From Bugula neritina (taxonomy: Eukaryota; Animalia; Bryozoa): DNA of 29,600 nt. Positions 11,451-22,517 of this stretch are shown here, piece after piece (positions within the stretch are counted from its first letter, which is position 1; each line of letters starts with the position of its first letter). The stretch is from positions 24,898 to 54,497 of the forward strand of contig CAXIUT010000099.1 of assembly GCA_964035545.1 (NCBI GenBank). The letters run 5' to 3'. The notes under the pieces were generated by a model, which was not told the DNA's origin, searched no databases, and worked only from the letters and a program-made list of their open reading frames with translations. The position numbers and the translations under genes were made by a program.

Positions 11451-14400
11451 ATGAACCAACGTCAAGTAGCCATCAATAGAACTACTAGAATATCCTTCGC
11501 CTTACTCTTCATCTTTCTCTCCTTACTTCCGTCTTCGAATGCGCAACTCTAACATCATCCCTTGGTCTATATACGTACTTATTTATTGAAATAGAAAAAA
11601 TCAGATTCACTGATTCAACAGGTTCAGGTATGACAGCAGCAACAGTAGGTGGCTTCACCTTTCCTGTTACTTGGGACTACGCCCTTGCAGATAACATAAA
11701 AACCATGTTTGGCCTTAAGGGATTCAAGTTCGATGCGAATAGTACTCTAAGCTATTAATCCTAAGTTATTTCACCAACCACTACAGGAGCTAGCTTTAAG
11801 ATTATTCCTACAACTACTTATGCTAAGATTCTTTACTTAAGCTTTACAGTGGTTGTAATAGTAGCTGAAGACTAATACATGCAGTTTGGAGATAATATTT
11901 ATACCAATATTTCTAGTGGTTAATTATAAAAGACCTAAAGTCTGGTTTATAAGTCAACAGTTTAGAATAGTTAGAATTATATATTCTTTTTCGAATACTT
12001 ATCACTAAAAGAAACTACTTTTGTAAACGATCAATAAACTTAAACCAAGGTTTTATTATTCATAGGTGATAGATAAATAAAGATATTCATAGGATCATAG
12101 ACTCAGCTTTTAAATGTTAAATATGGCTATCTTATAATGGTAAGTAATCCTTCTAATCCTACTACTTTTGAATGGAAATATACACATTTAACATCTTCAA
12201 TAAGTGTACCTTATTCTACTAGTAATTCAGACTTTGGAAATGTAGTTTCAAAATACTGTATTGAAAGCACTTATATCATTATAGCCAAGTTTTCTGATTC
12301 ATCTGCTTCAGAGTTTATATGGCTTACTTCAGAATTATAAATGACAAATACTTTTAGATACGTTTCTTATATATATCTCTGCATGGGAAATCCTTGCTAG
12401 GCTAAAAATTACAGGGATACCGTTAATAATATTTGTGCTACTTGTCCAATAGACTGCTATTCTTGTGATAGTTCTGGTAATTGTCTTTCGTGTTTAACAG
12501 CAGATAACAGATAACTCTCATCTAAAAGATGTGTTCCTAAGACTGGCTACTATGAAAGCAATGTTCAGATGGCAGGAGATTGTACAGACTTATGCACGAC
12601 TTGTAGTGGAAATACTGCCTGCCAAGCCTGCTGTGCCCTTCCACCCTGTCCTGATAGACAATACTGGCACCGAACCAATGCTACCCTGCACTCAATGCTC
12701 AGATGCAAAGTGTCTTACCTGTAACTCGGATGGAGAGTGCCTTACTTGTTCAGCTGCCGTTGATTCAGATAACTCTCATCTACAAGCTGTGTTCCTATCA
12801 CTGATTACTATGAGAGCAATGTTCAGGTAGCAGGAGATTGTAATGTTTTGTGTTCTACTTGTAACAGTAATGCTGGATGCTTAGCTTGTTGTACTGGGTA
12901 ATGTTCTGATAGAAAGTATTGGAATAATAGCACTCGAGTGTGTGATGATTGCCCTGTAGACTGCCTCACTTGTAATAAGGATGGAGATTGCTTGACTTGT
13001 TCAGCTGCAGTTGACTTCAGATAACTATCCTCTACAAGTTGTATTCCTATGACTGGTTACTATGAAAGCAATGTTCAGGTAGCAGGAGATTGCACAGACC
13101 TATGCACAACTTGTAGTGGAAATACTGCCTGCCAAGCCTGCTGTGCTCTTCCATCCTGTCCTGATAGATAATACTGGCATCGAACTAATGCTATCTGCAC
13201 TCAATGCTCAGATGCAAAGTGTCTTACCTGTAACTCGGATGGAGACTGCCTTTCTTGTTCAGCTGCAGTTGATTTCAGACAACTATCCTCTACGAGTTGT
13301 GTTCCTATCACAGATTACTATGAGAGCAATGTTCAGATAGCAGGAGATTGTAATGTTTTGTGTTCTACTTGTAACAGTAATGCTGGATGCTTAGCTTGTT
13401 GTACTGGGTAATGTTCTGATAGAAAGTATTGGAATAATAGCACTCGAGTGTGTGATGATTGCCCTGTAGACTGCCTCACTTGTAATAAGGATGGAGATTG
13501 CTTGACTTGTTCAGCTGCAGTTGACTTCAGATAGCTCTCATCTCCAAGATGTGTTCCTAAGACTGGCTACTATGAAAGCAATGTTCAGATAGCAGGAGAT
13601 TGTACAGACCTATGCACAACTTGTAGTGGAAATACTGCCTGCCAAGCCTGCTGTGCTCTTCCACCCTGTCCTGATAGAGAATACTGGCATCAAACTAATG
13701 CTATCTGCACTCAATGCTCAGATGCAAAGTGTCTTACCTGTAACTCGGATGGAGACTGCCTTTCTTGTTCAGCTGCAGTTGATTTCAGACAACTATCCTC
13801 TACGAGTTGTGTTCCTATCACAGATTACTATGAGAGCAATGTTCAGATAGCAGGAGATTGTAATGTTTTGTGTTCTACTTGTAACAGTAATGCTGGATGC
13901 TTAGCTTGTTGTACTGGGTAATGTTCTGATAGAAAGTATTGGAATAATAGCACTCGAGTGTGTGATGATTGCCCTGTAGACTGCCTCACTTGTAATAAGG
14001 ATGGAGATTGCTTGACTTGTTCAGCTGCAGTTGACTTCAGATAGCTCTCATCTCCAAGATGTGTTCCTAAGACTGGCTACTATGAAAGCAATGTTCAGAT
14101 AGCAGGAGATTGTACAGACCTATGCACGACTTGTAGTGGAAATACTGCCTGCCAAGCCTGCTGTGCTCTTCCACCCTGTATTGATAGACAATACTGGCAT
14201 CGAACTAATGCTGTCTGCACTCAATGCTCAGATGTAAAGTGTCTCACCTGTAACTCAGATGGAGACTGCCTTACCTGCTCATCAGATGTTGATTTTAGAT
14301 AACTATCCTCTACAAGTTGTATTCCTATGACTGGTTACTATGAAAGCAATGTTCAGGTAGCAGGAGATTGCACAGACCTATGCACAACTTGTAGTGGAAA

Positions 14401-15409
14401 TACTGCCTGCCAAGCCTGCTGTGCTCTTCCACCCTGTCCTGATAGAGAATACTGGCATCAAACTAATGCTATCTGCACTCAATGCTCAGATGCAAAGTGT
14501 CTTACCTGTAACTCGGATGGAGACTGCCTTTCTTGTTCAGCTGCAGTTGATTTCAGACAACTATCCTCTACGAGTTGTGTTCCTATCACAGATTACTATG
14601 AGAGCAATGTTCAGATAGCAGGAGATTGTAATGTTTTGTGTTCTACTTGTAACAGTAATGCTGGATGCTTAGCTTGTTGTACTGGGTAATGTTCTGATAG
14701 AAAGTATTGGAATAATAGCACTCGAGTGTGTGATGATTGCCCTGTAGACTGCCTCACTTGTAATAAGGATGGAGATTGCTTGACTTGTTCAGCTGCAGTT
14801 GACTTCAGATAGCTCTCATCTCCAAGATGTGTTCCTAAGACTGGCTACTATGAAAGCAATGTTCAGATAGCAGGAGATTGTACAGACCTATGCACGACTT
14901 GTAGTGGAAATACTGCCTGCCAAGCCTGCTGTGCTCTTCCACCCTGTATTGATAGACAATACTGGCATCGAACCAATGCTACCTGCACTCAATGCTCAGA
15001 TGTAAAGTGTCTTACTTGTAACTCAGATGGAGATTGCCTTACCTGTTCATCAGATGTTGATTTCAGATAGCTCTAATCTACAAGTTGTGTTCCTATTGCT
15101 GGCTATTGTGAGTCTAATGAAGCAGTTGCAAAAGTTGAAGAGTTGTGTTCAAGCAGTTCCAAAAAGATAAGAGGTACATACAATAAAGAAGCGACAATAA
15201 TAGCTTTATCGCTAACAGGTGGAGTAGTATTGGCAGTGATTTTGGTAGTGATTGTAGCAAAAACAAAAGCAGCTGCTTCAAGTGTTGGGTCTTTTGCGAT
15301 GGTTGAGCCAGTAAACGATATCTCTGCCATTCATTCTACTTAACAGACAACATCGACCACGAAAACAAGCAAAGGTTTTACCTTAAAAAGCACAAGAATA
15401 AGATATTGA
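11451..15409 (+). CDS. Family B gene B2: paralogue of B1 with ten Cys-rich units (~1312 aa); join(11451..11574,11595..15409); +1/-1 indel pair at ~12686/~12764
   Basis: MNQRQVAINRTTRISFALLFIFLSLLPSSNAQ leader; collinear with B1; near-identical TM segment; TGA 15407-15409. As written, the indel pair places a TGA in frame at 12761. Confidence 0.85.
11575..11594 (+). other. 20-nt spliceosomal intron GTACTTATTTATTGAAATAG
   Basis: GT..AG ends; frame-restoring; homologous to the B1 intron. Confidence 0.85.
12509..15064 (+). repeat. Array of 258-bp (X) and 252-bp (Y) Cys-rich coding units, order X Y X Y X Y X X Y X
   Basis: X = ...AGDCTDLCTTCSGNTACQACCALPPC...; Y = ...AGDCNVLCSTCNSNAGCLACCTGQCSDRKYW...; nine extra units account for the B1/B2 length difference. 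Confidence 0.9.
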
Positions 15410-15955
15410 TCTTTCATCCATTATTCATCTATACTTATTACTATTTAATAACTTAAATTTTATAATCAATAATCTCTATTCTAAGTATTACTTAATGATT
15501 AATTTCAACTTTTTTATGATAAAACAAGAGAATCAATCTATCTTATTGATAAATCATGATGGAAGAATATTTATTCTAACTGATTTTAGTCAAATTGTTT
15601 TTTATTCCTTTATTAAAATAAAATTAATATCCAATAAATTATCTATAAATTGTAGAAGAAAATCAATTTGATTTTTAGTATGAAGAAAAAATATTAAACC
15701 TTAAAAAATATATCATTAATATCAAAGTTATTTTTATTTTAAAAGTTTTATTCTTATTTATAAGTGATTATGATCATGAGTTTTTGAATATTTTACTATT
15801 TTTTCAACAGAAAATAATAATTAAGATTAAATAAGGTAAAAATATCTCAAAGTAATACAATAAAAATAAAAATAATAAGTCTTCTTATTAAAATTTAAGT
15901 GTAGTGTGGAAATAAATTTTATCTAACTAAATTGAAATTTGAGCAGTCATGAAAA

Positions 15956-16265
15956 CATTTTCGAGATGATGATTGGAGATATCTTTTATCTTTTTATATT
16001 TCAAGAATAACTCTTGGAGATATCTTCTTTTGTTTCTTTAGTTGTGACGTATTTTCTCATGAAATATTTTCAAGTATTATTATGATTGTGTTTGTGATGC
16101 CTTGACTCTTCTTTAGGAGTCTAATAAAAGCAAATTAAGATTTAGTAGATGTACTTTTAGATAAGTAGCATTCGATGCGATCAGTTTTGATTCTCATATC
16201 AAGAATTGATTTTATTGAAGATGATGGAACATAACAGTATTTCGAGAATATTTAAAAATATCAAT
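15956..16265. repeat. 310-bp near-perfect direct repeat upstream of A2 (second copy 17949-18258 upstream of A3)
   Basis: Offset 1993 bp; only one mismatch noticed. Confidence 0.9.
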
Positions 16266-16441
16266 ATTTCAAGCTATTTTATATTTAAGCTGTACTTTAC
16301 AATAAGTAATTAAATTTTCTATTTCTAAAGGGCATCGACCTTCGACGAAGAAGTAGCATCTAATCTATATAAAATTCTTCTTAAAACTCAGTGATTAGAA
16401 ATTATAAATCGAATGGTGATTCTAGTCAAATATAATTCTAA

Positions 16442-17590
16442 ATGAAGAAGATTTTATCCTTTCTTCTTATCAGTTTGTTTCTGGCAAACTACTGTCAGTC
16501 CACTTCCCCTCCCTAATATCTATCTGATGAGTTCCTTCTTTCGTTCGACTATGCATGCAGAAAAGGAGTTCATCTAAGCTCATGCAAAGGTAACCTCATA
16601 TGGAATGGTCAAGTAGTCTCATCAATTAACCCCAGTGACCACAATATTCACAACTATAAAATCTGGCTTTACGCTGAGATAGGACCGAACAAACTCCAAT
16701 TCTCTGGATCAGGGAAAAGTGATAGTTATGGTCTCATCATTGACAACGTCAAGATGATCAGATATGGAACCCAAGAAGATATTGTAGTCAACGGAGACTT
16801 CTAAAAGCCAAGAGTTGGAAGAGGATGGAAAATTTTCAATAACATTCCTGGGTGGAGTGGAAAAGGAATCTAAGTAGGATGGGGAAAAATATACAATAGT
16901 GGATGGAATAGTCAAGTAGTAGAACTTGATGGAAACAGAAATTATGCCATGACTCAACTTTGGAATTTTGATGATGACTTCAACATCATCAGTAGCTGCC
17001 CTCTTCATCCTTCGTCACCTCCATCCTCTCCGTCACCTTTACCTCCTCCTTCTTATCCTGAACCTCATGAACCTTATTGTCCTCCTCCTCCTCCTCCTCC
17101 TCCTCCTCCTCCTCCCACTCTTTCGAAAGTATTCAAACTTACTTTCCAATATGCTTGCAGAAACGGTGTCGCTTTTAACTCATGCAAAGGAAAAGCCATC
17201 TGGAATGGTAAAGTTATGCATATTAATCCAACTAGCTATCATATTCAAACATATTCAGCATGGGTTGATGCCAAGTAAGGACAAAACTATCTGAAATTCA
17301 AAGGAACTGGACATAGTGATAGTTTTGGTCTCATTATTGACAATGTTCAGTTGGTCAGAAAAGGATGCAACAAAAATATTGTTCAGAATGGAAACTTCTA
17401 AAAGCCATGTGTTGGAAAAGGATGGAAAATCTTCAATAACATTCCTGGATGGCATGGACAAGGAATCGAGGTCGGATGGGGAAAAATATACAATAATGGA
17501 TGGAATAGTCAAGTAGTAGAACTGGATGGAAACAAAAATTACTCAATACAACAATACTGGAACTTCGATTGCTCCTACTACCTGTTATGA
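16442..17590 (+). CDS. Family A gene A2: secreted, 2 domains, Pro-rich linker, 382 aa
   Basis: MKKILSFLLISLFLANYCQSTS; single open frame with TAR as sense to TGA 17588-17590. Confidence 0.92.
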
Positions 17591-18418
17591 GAGCTTGAAT
17601 GATCATAAAAACTATCTTAAATTATAAATTATTCTATTAACTATTTTTATAATCTTATATAAACAAGATCCTTTTCCATCTCTTAATTAAATTCTTTTGT
17701 CTAATCATGAAAAATCTTTATTTATTTTATGATCTATCACTCTATTTGGTTTGAGAATTTAAAGTCAAGTTTTCTTGAGGGTATATTTCATTCAAATTAT
17801 AAATATTTTTTTATGATTTGTAATTATAGTATCAAAATAGTCAAAATTTTATTTATTTACAAAATATTATCATGGAGTTTAATTATAGTTTTATATTCCT
17901 TGATTTTGATGTGTAGTTATTATGTTAAAGTTTTTTTGGTTATTAAAGCATTTTCGAGATGATGATTGGAGATATCTTTTATCTTTTTATATTTCAAGAA
18001 TAACTCTTGGAGATATCTTCTTTTGTTTCTTTAGTTGTGACGTATTTTCTCATGAAATATTTTCAAGTATTATTATGATTGTGTTTGTGATGCCTTGACT
18101 CTTCTTTAGGAGTCTAATAAAAGCAAATTAAGATTTAGTAGATGTACTTTTAGATAAGTAGCATTCGATGCGATCAGTTTTGATTCTCATATCATGAATT
18201 GATTTTATTGAAGATGATGGAACATAACAGTATTTCGAGAATATTTAAAAATATCAATGCTTCAAGCCTAAAAGAAGCTTTGTTTGATAAATAAATGAGT
18301 ATTTATTTCTTTAGTAGTTTTCTATAGTTTAAATTTACTACTTATAATATTGTTTTTCTAAAACTCAGTGATTCGAAATTATAAATTGAATGATGATTCT
18401 AATCGAATATAATTCTAA

Positions 18419-21400
18419 ATGAAGAAGTTTCTATTTCCTCTTGTTCTCATCAGTTTGTTTCTGGCAAACTACTGTCAGTCCACTTCCCCTCCTTAATATC
18501 TGTCCGATGAGTTCCTGCTCTCATTCGACTATGCTTGCAGAAAAGGAGTCTCTCTAAGCTCATGCAAGGCTCAACTCATATGGAATGGTCAAGTAGTCTC
18601 ATCAATTAACCCTAGTGATAATAAGATTCATACTTATTATGTCTGGCTTTACACTGAGATAGGACCAAACAAACTCCAATTCTCTGGATCAGGTGATAGA
18701 CATGGTCTCATCATCGACAATGTTAAGATGATCAGATCTGAAAACTAAGAAGATATCGTCGTCAACGGAGACTTCTAAAAGCCATGTGTCGGAAAAGGAC
18801 GGAAAATCCTCAATAACATTCCTGGATGGAGTGGAAAAGGAATCGAAGTAGGATGGGGAAAGCTATACAATAGTGAATGGAGTAGCCAAGTCGTAGAACT
18901 CAAGGAAGATAAATAGATCCTCACTCAACTTTGGAATTTTGATGACGATTATAAAATCGTTAGTTGTGGTTCTCTTCAAGCCTCTAAATCATCTGAAAAA
19001 CCTTCTTCATCTAATTAAACTCAATCAACTCAATCAACTCAATCAACTCAATCAACTCAATCAACTCAATCAACTCAATCAACTCAATCACCTTAACTCC
19101 CTAAATCACCTCAATCACCTCCCTTATCAACTGTACCTCTTTAGAGAAGATTTCTCCTTTCTTTCCAATACGCTTGCAGAGAAAGTGTCTCTATAAATTC
19201 ATGTAAAGGAAAAGTCATCTGGAATGGCAAAGTTATCTACATTAATCCAAATAAAAAATATCCTAAAACCTACTCGACATGGGTTGAGGCTAAATCAGGA
19301 TTAAATTATCTCCAATTCAAAGGAGCTAAAGGTAGTGAAAAATAGGGACTCATTATTGACAATGTTCAGTTGATCAGAAGAGGAACTAAGGACAATATTA
19401 TTGAAAATGGAAATTTCGAAGATCCAAATGTTGGACATTATTGGGAAATATTCAATAACATTCCTGGATGGAGTGGTAACGGAATATAAGTTGGATGGGG
19501 AAAAATATACAATGCTCAATGGAACAGTCAAGTTATCAAACTAGATGGAAACAAAAAGCATGAGATCAGTCAACTTTGGAATTTTGATTCCAACTTCAAC
19601 ATCATCGATACTCCTGCTAATTCTTCTATTCCATCATCTGCCCTAGCTACTAGCAACCTTTAGAGAAAATTTCTTTTGACTTTCCAATACGCTTGCAGAG
19701 AAGGTTTCTCTTTAAATTCATGCAAAGGAAAAGTCATCTGGAATGGTATAGTTATTCATATTCTTCCAAATAGAAGTTATCCTAAAACCTACTCAAGATG
19801 GGTTGAGGCCAAGTCAGGGATAAATTATCTCCAATTCAAAGGGGCTAAAGGTAGTGAAAAATAGGGGCTCATTATTGATAATATTCAGTTGGTCAGAAAA
19901 GGAAGTAACGACAATATTGTTGAAAATGGAAATTTTGAAGACCCAAATGTTGGACATTATTGGAAAATTTTAGATAGCATTCCTGGATGGCATGGAAAAG
20001 GACTCGAGGTTGGATGGGGGAAAATATACAATGCTCAATGGAACAGTCAAGTTATCAAACTTGATGGAAACAAAAAACATGTCATTAGTCAACTTTGGAA
20101 TTTCGATTCCAACTTCAACATCATCGATACTCCTGCTAATTCTTCCATTCCATCTTCTGCCCTAGCTACCAGTAACCTTGAGAGAAAATTTCTTTTGACT
20201 TTTCAATACGCTTGCAGAGAAGGTGTCTCTGCTAACACTTGCAAAGGAAAAGTCATCTGGAATGGTATAGTTATTCATATAAGTCCAAGTAGAAATATTC
20301 GAACCTTCTCAAGATGGCTTGAAGCTAAGTCAGGATTAAATTATATCCAATTCAAAGGAGCTAAAGGCAATGAAAATAAAGGTCTCATTATTGACAATGT
20401 TCAGTTGGTCAGAAGAGGATGTGTTGACAATATTATTAAGAATGGAAATTTTGAAGACCCAAATGTTGGACATTATTGGAAAATTTTGAATAAAATTCCT
20501 GGATGGCATACAAAAGAACTAGAAGTTGGATGGGGGAAAATATACAATTATGGATGGAAAAGTCAAGTAGCCAAACTAGATGGAAACAAAAAGCATGAGA
20601 TCACCCAACTTTGGAATTTTGATTCCAACTTCAAGATTACTAATAGTCCTGCTGATCCTTCATCCATTCCATCACCTGCCTCACTTACCAATAAACTCGA
20701 TAAAAAGTTTCTCCTTTCTTTTCAATATGCTTGCAGAGAAGGTGTCTCTTATCTTTCATGCAAAGGAAAAATCATCTGGAATGGAATAGTTCTTTATCTT
20801 AGCCCAACTAGAAGTATTAGAACCTATTCAAGATGGGTTGAGGCAAAGTCAGGGATGAATTATCTCCAATTAATAGGAGCTAGAGGTAGTTAAAAATAGG
20901 GCCTCATTATTGATGATGTTAAATTAGTCAGAAAAGGATGTGTTGACAATATTATTGAGAATGGAAATTTTGAAGATCCAAATGTTGGAAGAGGATGGAA
21001 AATTTTGAATAAAATTCCTGGATGGCATACAAAAGAACTAGAAGTTGGATGGGGGAAACTATACAATTATGGATGGAAAAGTCAAGTAGCCAAACTAGAT
21101 GGAAACAAAAAGCATGAGATCACCCAACTTTGGAATTTTGATTCCAACTTCAAGATTACTAATAGTCCTGTTGATCCTTCATCCATTCCATCACCTTCCT
21201 CACTTACCAATAAAATCGATAAAAAGTTTCTCCTTTCTTTTCAATATGCTTGCAGAAATGGTGCTTCTTCAAATTCATGCAAAGGAAAAGTCATCTGGAA
21301 TGGAATAGTTCTTTATCTTAGTCCAAATAGAAGTATTAGAACCTACTCAAGATGGGTTGAGGTCAAGTCAGGATTAAATTAACTCTAATTCAAAGGAGCT

Positions 21401-21694
21401 AGCGGTAGTTAGGATCAAGGATTTTTTATTGATAATGTTCAGTTGATAAGAAAAGGAGATATTGACAATATTGTTGAGAATGGAAATTTCTAAAAGCCAA
21501 GTGTTGGACATTATTGGAAAAATTAAGATAAAATTCCTGGCTGGAGTGGGACTGGAGTCGAGATAGGATGGGGAAAAATATATAATTATGGATGGAAAAG
21601 TCAAGTAGTCCCCAACCCCAACCCCAACCCCAACCCCAACCCCAACCCCAACCCCAACCCCAACCCCAACCCCAACCCCTAAGAATCTAAATGA
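18419..21694 (+). CDS. Family A gene A3: secreted, 6 domains, (STQ)n linker, 1091 aa; last domain overwritten in frame by telomeric repeat (PN)11P
   Basis: MKKFLFPLVLISLFLANYC; ORF-track fragments at 19676, 19889 and 21005 share one frame; reads through 21611-21679 to TAA GAA TCT AAA TGA. Confidence 0.9.
21611..21679. repeat. Internal (CCCCAA)n telomeric tract, 69 bp, left-end orientation, inside the A3 CDS
   Basis: Direct read. Confidence 0.97.
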
Positions 21695-21772
21695 TAGCCG
21701 ATAATATTCTTAAATTAATATTGTTTATTATTCATGATAATTATTAGTAAAATGGATAATGGGATGAATCAA

Positions 21773-21916
21773 TCATGCACATATTCCTTGTTTGTTTATC
21801 ATACCATGAGGACATTGCTGGACACAGGCATCAGCTGTCCTTAATCTATTGGGACAGCTTGCGAAACAGAATGAGTTGTAGAAGAAGTTTTCTTTAGACT
21901 CATTGCTCCAGTTCAT
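21773..21916 (-). CDS. Family C small Cys-rich ORF or remnant, 47 aa (MNWSNESKENFFYNSFCFASCPNRLRTADACVQQCPHGMINKQGICA)
   Basis: ATG to TGA; last 120 nt homologous to 7302-7421; differs from the 24828 copy by an in-frame 18-bp indel. Confidence 0.45.
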   Translation of the reverse strand: MNWSNESKENFFYNSFCFASCPNRLRTADACVQQCPHGMINKQGICA

Positions 21917-22039
21917 ATGTAGTCTATCGATATGTTTTATTCTTTGATTTTTAAGTGGATTTCCTCTTGTTGTAAAGTATTTGAGGTAGTGAAAGGATTT
22001 TTGGCTGAGAATTGGAGCTGCCTTTTAGTTTCAAGACTA

Positions 22040-22517
22040 TGCCTTGTCATGTTTTATGTTTTTCTTCAGTTGTGATATATTTTACCATCGATTATTTGTA
22101 GTTTATCATGTGAAAATATCATGATGTCTTGGCTCTCCTTAGGAGTCTAACAAGTTGTAAATTAAACTTGATTCTTTTTATTGAGACAGGTAGTAGTCAA
22201 TGCGATCATTTTGACTCTGCTATCATGAATAGATTCTATTGAAGATGATGGAACGTGTCAGCCTTTCAAGGAAATCAAATAATATCAAGTACTTTGAGCT
22301 TTATATCTGAGCTTTATTTCATAAAAAATCAAATTTTCTATTTCTAAAGTGTTTAGTTTTCTATAGTTTAAATTTACTAGTTAAATGTGGTTTTCTAAAA
22401 CTCAGCGATTAGAAATTATAAATCGAATCGTTATTTAAATAGAACATAATTTAAATGTTAAAGTTTCTCTTCCCTCTTCTTATCAGCTTGTTCGTGGTAA
22501 GCTACTGTCAATCCACT
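22040..22517. repeat. Near-identical duplication of upstream region plus signal peptide shared by A4 and A5 (copy at ~25113-25590)
   Basis: Offset 3073 bp; weaker similarity extends back to ~21720/24775. Confidence 0.9.

Noticed and set aside
17729-17962. 77-aa ORF (and the 8076-8324 ORF)
   Set aside because: The first is AT-rich intergenic sequence with no paralogous support; the second is off-frame relative to the B1 signal peptide.
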